DNA from: Candidatus Arthromitus sp. SFB-rat-Yit
GTDB taxonomy: Bacteria; Bacillota; Clostridia; Clostridiales; Clostridiaceae
Assembly (NCBI RefSeq): GCF_000283555.1
Contig: NC_016012.1
Location: forward strand, 660,001 to 692,000
Reading direction: 5' to 3'
Length of the DNA stretch: 32,000 bases
The notes beneath the pieces were generated by a model. The model saw only the letters and a program-made list of their open reading frames with translations. It searched no databases and was not told the DNA's origin. Both the position numbers and the translations under genes were made by a program. Shown one piece after another: positions 26,975 to 32,000 of this stretch. Numbering within the stretch: the first letter of the stretch is position 1; the number at the start of each line of letters is the position of its first letter.

Positions 26975-28436
26975 AAAATAGCAATACAAATAATCTACAA
27001 ATTGATTCTTCTAATTTTACTAATAGGGGTTTATTCTTTTCAAAATTTTCATCTAGTTTTGTTGAGCTCTTTATATCTTCATAAAAAATTTCTTTAGCCT
27101 GTCTAGCTATTTCAAAATCTGTGATAAACGCATTAATTTCAAAATTTAATGAAAAACTTCTCATGTTAAAGTTTGCAGTTCCAATTGATGTAACACTATT
27201 ATCCATAACAATAACTTTTGAATGGATAAATCCATTATATAGATATACATCTACCCCAGCTTCTATTAACTGATTAACATATGATGTTGATGCTCGATAA
27301 ACAATTCTTTTATCGTATATTTTTGGAATCATTATTTTAACTTTAACTCCAGATTTTGCAGTGCTTATAATTGATGATAATAAATTGTCATCTAGTGCAA
27401 GATATGGAGTTTGAATTAAAAGTTCTTTTTTAGCAGAATAAATCATTCGTATATACGAAGATTTAATATTTTCATAATTATTTGAATCAGGTCCGCTTGC
27501 AACGATTTGGGTGCATGCCTTATTTTTAACTTCAGATTTAGGAAAATATTTTTCCATAAAATTATCTTCTGTTTCAATCTTGTGATTACTTACATATGAT
27601 AGATCACGCATAAATTGAAGTTGTAGAAAATTAACAGCTTCACCAACTATTTTTATATGGCAATCTTTCCAAGGTCTTAGTCTTTTGTGTAAAGACATAT
27701 ATTCATCTCCGACATTTACGCCACCAACATACCCTATTTTTCCATCTATAACAACTATTTTGCGGTGATTTCTATAGTTTAGGTTAAGATTTATAAATTT
27801 CAAATATGAAGGGAAAAATGGATAAACCTCTCCCCCAGCATTTATAAGTTTTTTGAATAAAGATTTAGATACGCAAATGCAACCCACATCATCATAAATT
27901 ACTCTAACTTTTACACCTTCTTTTACTTTGTTCACTAGTGTATCGATCAAAAGATTTCCTATGTTATCATTCTTAATTATGTAGTATAAAATATGAATTG
28001 TGTGTTTAGCACTTTTGATAGTTTTGATTAAATCTTCAAATTTATCGTAAGCTGTGTTGAAAATTGTTACATCGTTGAATTGTGTTATGGCTGATTTATT
28101 ATGAAGAAAATTAAATTTTGCAATAGAGGTATCCAGATTTGGATCATCTGGCAATGAATCATATTCAGTATAATCGAGTATTTTTTCTAATTCATTGAAA
28201 ATTCTATGATTTCTCTCATCTATTTTCTTCTTATTTAACTTAGGACCACATCCAAATACAAAATATATATAAAGAGAGAAGATAGGAGGTAATAACAGAA
28301 ATGCAAGAATCCAAGATTGTATACTCCTAATGTCCTTTCTCTCTAAAAATATCATAATTAGTACGCTTAATATGTTTAAGGATATACATACCCATGAGAA
28401 TACTAAAACTAATATTGCCATAAAATACTCCTTCAA
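26973..28436 (-). CDS. cls: Cardiolipin synthase / phospholipase D family protein
   Basis: Two HKD motifs: NYRNHRKIVVIDGKIGYVGGVNVGDEY and FIHSKVIVMDNSVTSIGTANFNMRSF; N-terminal membrane segments. Start could be the internal ATG at 28421. Confidence 0.93.
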   Translation of the reverse strand: MKEYFMAILVLVFSWVCISLNILSVLIMIFLERKDIRSIQSWILAFLLLPPIFSLYIYFVFGCGPKLNKKKIDERNHRIFNELEKILDYTEYDSLPDDPNLDTSIAKFNFLHNKSAITQFNDVTIFNTAYDKFEDLIKTIKSAKHTIHILYYIIKNDNIGNLLIDTLVNKVKEGVKVRVIYDDVGCICVSKSLFKKLINAGGEVYPFFPSYLKFINLNLNYRNHRKIVVIDGKIGYVGGVNVGDEYMSLHKRLRPWKDCHIKIVGEAVNFLQLQFMRDLSYVSNHKIETEDNFMEKYFPKSEVKNKACTQIVASGPDSNNYENIKSSYIRMIYSAKKELLIQTPYLALDDNLLSSIISTAKSGVKVKIMIPKIYDKRIVYRASTSYVNQLIEAGVDVYLYNGFIHSKVIVMDNSVTSIGTANFNMRSFSLNFEINAFITDFEIARQAKEIFYEDIKSSTKLDENFEKNKPLLVKLEESICRLFVLLF

Positions 28437-28564
28437 AAATTATAACGATAATATATAAATCTAAACGTAGTTTATATTTTACAAAAATTAATTTAAAAAT
28501 GCCATATCTTAAGTGAATAAAATTATTTTCTGTTGTTAATACTCCGAGTAAGGAGTGATAAAAT

Positions 28565-30091
28565 TTGGTAATTTCATTAAAAAGTGCTACTTTTAATTAC
28601 ATAAAGGGACGGATTATAGATATAGAGGTTTCAATTACAAAAGGTATACCATCTTTTAATATAGTGGGACTAGCTAACGTTGAGATTAAAGAATCAAGGG
28701 AAAGAGTTAGAAGTGCAATTTTAAATAGTGGATTTAAATTTCCTCTTGGTAAAATCACAGTCAATCTAGCACCGGCGAATTTGAAAAAAGAGGGATCTCT
28801 ACTTGATCTTTGTATAGCTACAGGAATACTTATTTGCTCTAAACAAATAAACCCAATCAAAAATTTATTTAATACTATAATAATCGGGGAGTTGTCACTA
28901 GATGGACATATCAAAAGTGTTAAAGGCAGTATACCGATTATTTTAGATGGAAAAGACGAAGGATATAATAATTATGTTTTGCCAGAGGACAACTATGATG
29001 AAACGGAAATCATTCAAGATGTAAAATTAAATTATTTTAACAATCTTAAAAGTTTTATAGCTTACGCTGAAAAGGGAATAGTAAGTAACATTAAATTAAA
29101 ACCTAAAAAAAGGTGTGAAAAAGATGTAAATGATATAAATTTAGAAGATATTTTGGGGCATGTTAGTAGTAAACGAGCTATTCAAATAGCAGCTGCTGGA
29201 TTCCATAACATAATTCTTTATGGTCCGGTTGGAAGTGGCAAGACCATGCTTGCAAAATCGTTCAAATCTATTTTGCCTGATCTTACATATGAAGAAAGTT
29301 TGGATAAAGGAAGAATTTATAATTTTACATCAATACAAGAAAATTATAGACAACCTGTATTTAGAGAAGTAAGTCACACGATTTCTAAAAGTTCATTAAT
29401 TGGTAGTGGACGTGAAAATAAAGTTGGTGAGATGATTCTTGGCAATAATGGAGTTTTGTTTTTGGACGAGATGCTTGAGTTTAAACGTGAAACGCTTGAG
29501 GCTTTAAGAAAAGTTCTGGAAGATAGGAAGATACAATTCAATAAAAATAACGAAATAATAGAGTTTCCGAGTAATTTTATACTTTTAGGAGCAACAAACC
29601 TTTGCCCATGTGGAAATTATTTAAATAATAGTGCTATAAAACAGTGCGTTTGTGATGTTGTTAAGAGAGAACGGTACATAAATAAAATTTCTAAGAGTTT
29701 GCTTGATCGTGTTGATATATTTTCATATACTCCCGTGATTGATTATGTAGATATAGGGGATAAGAAAGATATGAGGTTAACTAGTGAAGAGGTTTTGAAA
29801 ACTGTAGTTAAGGCACGTGAAATTCAACATTTTAGATTTAAAAAATATGGAATGAAATATAATTCTCAGATGAATAATGAGCTAGTTAATAAATTCTGTA
29901 AGCTTAGTCCATCCAGTAAACAAATCCTCGAAACAATTTACCGTAAAGAGAATATATCGACTCGTTCATATTTTAAAATTTTAAAAATTGCAAGAACCAT
30001 AGCTGATTTAAATCAAAGCGAAAATATTAATGATGGACACATAATGGAAGTTATAAATTACAGAAAATTTATAAACAATCAAGTTATTTAA
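28565..30091 (+). CDS. comM: YifB/ComM family Mg-chelatase-like AAA+ ATPase (competence protein)
   Basis: GIPSFNIVGLANVEIKESRERVRSAILNSGFKFP; GPVGSGKTMLAKSFKSILP; NGVLFLDEMLEF; TNLCPCGN; SKSLLDRVDIF. Confidence 0.94.
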   Translation: MVISLKSATFNYIKGRIIDIEVSITKGIPSFNIVGLANVEIKESRERVRSAILNSGFKFPLGKITVNLAPANLKKEGSLLDLCIATGILICSKQINPIKNLFNTIIIGELSLDGHIKSVKGSIPIILDGKDEGYNNYVLPEDNYDETEIIQDVKLNYFNNLKSFIAYAEKGIVSNIKLKPKKRCEKDVNDINLEDILGHVSSKRAIQIAAAGFHNIILYGPVGSGKTMLAKSFKSILPDLTYEESLDKGRIYNFTSIQENYRQPVFREVSHTISKSSLIGSGRENKVGEMILGNNGVLFLDEMLEFKRETLEALRKVLEDRKIQFNKNNEIIEFPSNFILLGATNLCPCGNYLNNSAIKQCVCDVVKRERYINKISKSLLDRVDIFSYTPVIDYVDIGDKKDMRLTSEEVLKTVVKAREIQHFRFKKYGMKYNSQMNNELVNKFCKLSPSSKQILETIYRKENISTRSYFKILKIARTIADLNQSENINDGHIMEVINYRKFINNQVI

Positions 30092-30109
30092 TGGTAGATA
30101 TTAGAAAGG

Positions 30110-31213
30110 ATGATGAGTGTGAATTTTTATGATTATTGGATTTTGAAGACAAATGTAAGCTCAAATATTAAGATTAAACTTATGGAAGATTTCAAAATAT
30201 CTGAAGAAATATACAAAGAATTGATAGAACGTGGAAATTTAAATTATCTAAATTTAAACGAATACGACAAATTTGTTAAAACCTATAAAGAATTAAAAGA
30301 TGATTTTGATGTGAATAAATACAATGCTCTTCTTGAAAAGAATAATATAAAATTTGTAAAATTTGGTGATGACGAATATCCTGATAAATTTAAAAATATT
30401 GACAATAAACCATTTTCAATATTTTACAAAGGAAACATAAATTTATTGAACAATTATTCTATTTCAATTATCGGAACTAGAAATGCAACTCCATATGGAG
30501 AAGAAGTGTGCAAGAAAATATCAAGAGAATTAAGTTTAAATAATGTTGGGGTGGTTAGCGGAGGAGCTAGAGGAATTGATATACTATCTCACAAAATTTG
30601 TTTAGAAAACAACGGAATACCTATCTGTGTTCTTGGATCTGGATTATTGAATTACTATCCCAAAGAAAATTTCCACTATTTTAACGAAATAGGGCAGAAT
30701 GGTTGTATACTATCCGAATATGATGTGTACACAAATCCGGATAAATTTAATTTTCCTCAACGTAATCGTATAATTAGTGCTATTGGAGATGGACTTATAG
30801 TTATTGAAGCTAAAGAAAAGAGCGGAACAATGATAACCGTGAAATATGCACTAGATTATGGAAAAGATATAGCAGCAGTTCCGGGACCTATCTTTTGGGA
30901 TAAGAGCATGGGCTGCAATAAATTAATAAGAGATGGTGCTAGCATAATTTCAGAAATTAAAGATTTGTATGATATTTTTAAATTAAACAGAAATACTAAT
31001 AATATTGTTGGAAGAAATTACGAAGAATTGTTATCCGATCCTTCAAAGTACAAAGTTTTTTCATTGATAAAGAATAGGCCTAGCAATGTTGATGAAATTG
31101 CAAATGAAACTGGGATTAATGTGGTTGATATTTATAAAATATTATTTGAACTGGAAAGTTTAAATATTATTGAAGCATCTACAGGTAATTTTTATCAATT
31201 AAAGGCAATTTAA
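30110..31213 (+). CDS. dprA: DNA-processing protein DprA
   Basis: YPDKFKNIDNKPFSIFYKGN, ISIIGTRNATPYG, VVSGGARGIDILSHK, FPQRNRIISAIGDGLIVIEAKEKSGTMITVKYALDYGKDIAAVPGPI. Confidence 0.95.
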   Translation: MMSVNFYDYWILKTNVSSNIKIKLMEDFKISEEIYKELIERGNLNYLNLNEYDKFVKTYKELKDDFDVNKYNALLEKNNIKFVKFGDDEYPDKFKNIDNKPFSIFYKGNINLLNNYSISIIGTRNATPYGEEVCKKISRELSLNNVGVVSGGARGIDILSHKICLENNGIPICVLGSGLLNYYPKENFHYFNEIGQNGCILSEYDVYTNPDKFNFPQRNRIISAIGDGLIVIEAKEKSGTMITVKYALDYGKDIAAVPGPIFWDKSMGCNKLIRDGASIISEIKDLYDIFKLNRNTNNIVGRNYEELLSDPSKYKVFSLIKNRPSNVDEIANETGINVVDIYKILFELESLNIIEASTGNFYQLKAI

Positions 31214-31354
31214 AATAATTATTTCAGATAAATTGAAATTATTTTTTGGCATTGACTATATATGAAAAAAAATATATTATATTTAAAAAATTACATACTT
31301 AATTAATGTTGCTTAAGGGGAATGGAGGGATTACTGATCCTTTGGGATTAAAAT

Positions 31355-32000
31355 ATGGCAAAATATTTAGTTATCGTTGAATCGCCAGCAAAAGCTAAAA
31401 CTATAAAAAAATATCTAGGCTTGAATTATGAAGTTGTTGCATCTATGGGACATATTAGAGATTTACCTAAAAGTAGATTGGGTGTAAACATCGAAGATGA
31501 TTATGAGCCTAACTATATAAATGTTAGGGGTAAAGCTGACCTTATCAAGTCACTTAAAAAATATTCTAAAAAGAGTGAAAAAGTTTTTTTAGCGACAGAC
31601 CCGGATAGAGAAGGCGAAGCTATATCTTGGCACTTAGCATACATATTGGGGATTGATCTTAGTGAAAAGTGTAGAGTTGAGTTTAATGAAATAACTAAAA
31701 CAACTATAAAGAATTCTATCAAGAATGCTAGAAGTATTAATCTTAACTTGGTTAATGCACAACAAGCTAGAAGAGTTGTGGATAGGTTGGTTGGATATGG
31801 AATAAGTCCAATTTTATGGAAAACAGTGAAGCCTAAATTAAGTGCCGGTAGAGTTCAGTCTGCAGCTTTGAAGTTAATATGTGACAGAGAGAACGAAATA
31901 AATAATTTTGAAGTCAAACAATACTTTACTATAGAAGGCACTGGAAGAAAGAATTCTAAGAAATATGTGTTTAAACTTCATTCAAAGAACAAAGAAAAAT
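31355..32000 (+). CDS. topA: DNA topoisomerase I, 3'-truncated by window edge
   Basis: ATG at 31355: [40 protein letters not shown]...[21 protein letters not shown]...[39 protein letters not shown]. Confidence 0.97.
   Translation, partial: MAKYLVIVESPAKAKTIKKYLGLNYEVVASMGHIRDLPKSRLGVNIEDDYEPNYINVRGKADLIKSLKKYSKKSEKVFLATDPDREGEAISWHLAYILGIDLSEKCRVEFNEITKTTIKNSIKNARSINLNLVNAQQARRVVDRLVGYGISPILWKTVKPKLSAGRVQSAALKLICDRENEINNFEVKQYFTIEGTGRKNSKKYVFKLHSKNKEK

Overview
AT-rich (low-GC) bacterial chromosomal window, probably Bacillota (inferred from gene content and ribosome-binding sites; no rRNA or tRNA seen to confirm). Left edge: 3' part of a flavin oxidoreductase, a YraN/UPF0102 protein, a secreted EndA-like DNA/RNA non-specific nuclease and a small lipoprotein. 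A defence block follows at about 2.9-19.4 kb: a type I-C CRISPR-Cas locus (cas3-cas5-cas8c-cas7-cas4-cas1-cas2) with a 23-repeat array, two small membrane-protein genes, and a type I restriction-modification operon (hsdM-hsdS-hsdR). A paralogue of the left lipoprotein lies on the right of this block. Right part: GNAT acetyltransferase, PRD/EIIA-type regulator with an ascorbate/galactitol-type PTS (IIA, IIC, IIB), a two-domain methyltransferase, cardiolipin synthase-like protein, comM, dprA and the 5' part of topA. The main points are: (1) cas1 lacks the usual N-terminal ~45 residues because it is joined directly to the cas4 3' end; (2) a C10 homopolymer sits in frame in the methyltransferase ORF (candidate phase-variable gene); (3) hsdS has four perfect 12-bp repeats encoding ELTA between its two target-recognition regions, the EcoR124-type specificity-altering arrangement; (4) a T12 tract lies between plausible -35 and -10 boxes upstream of the right lipoprotein; (5) paralogous lipoprotein genes flank the defence block. 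I found no convincing wholly new multi-gene system; the novelty candidates are variations on known systems.
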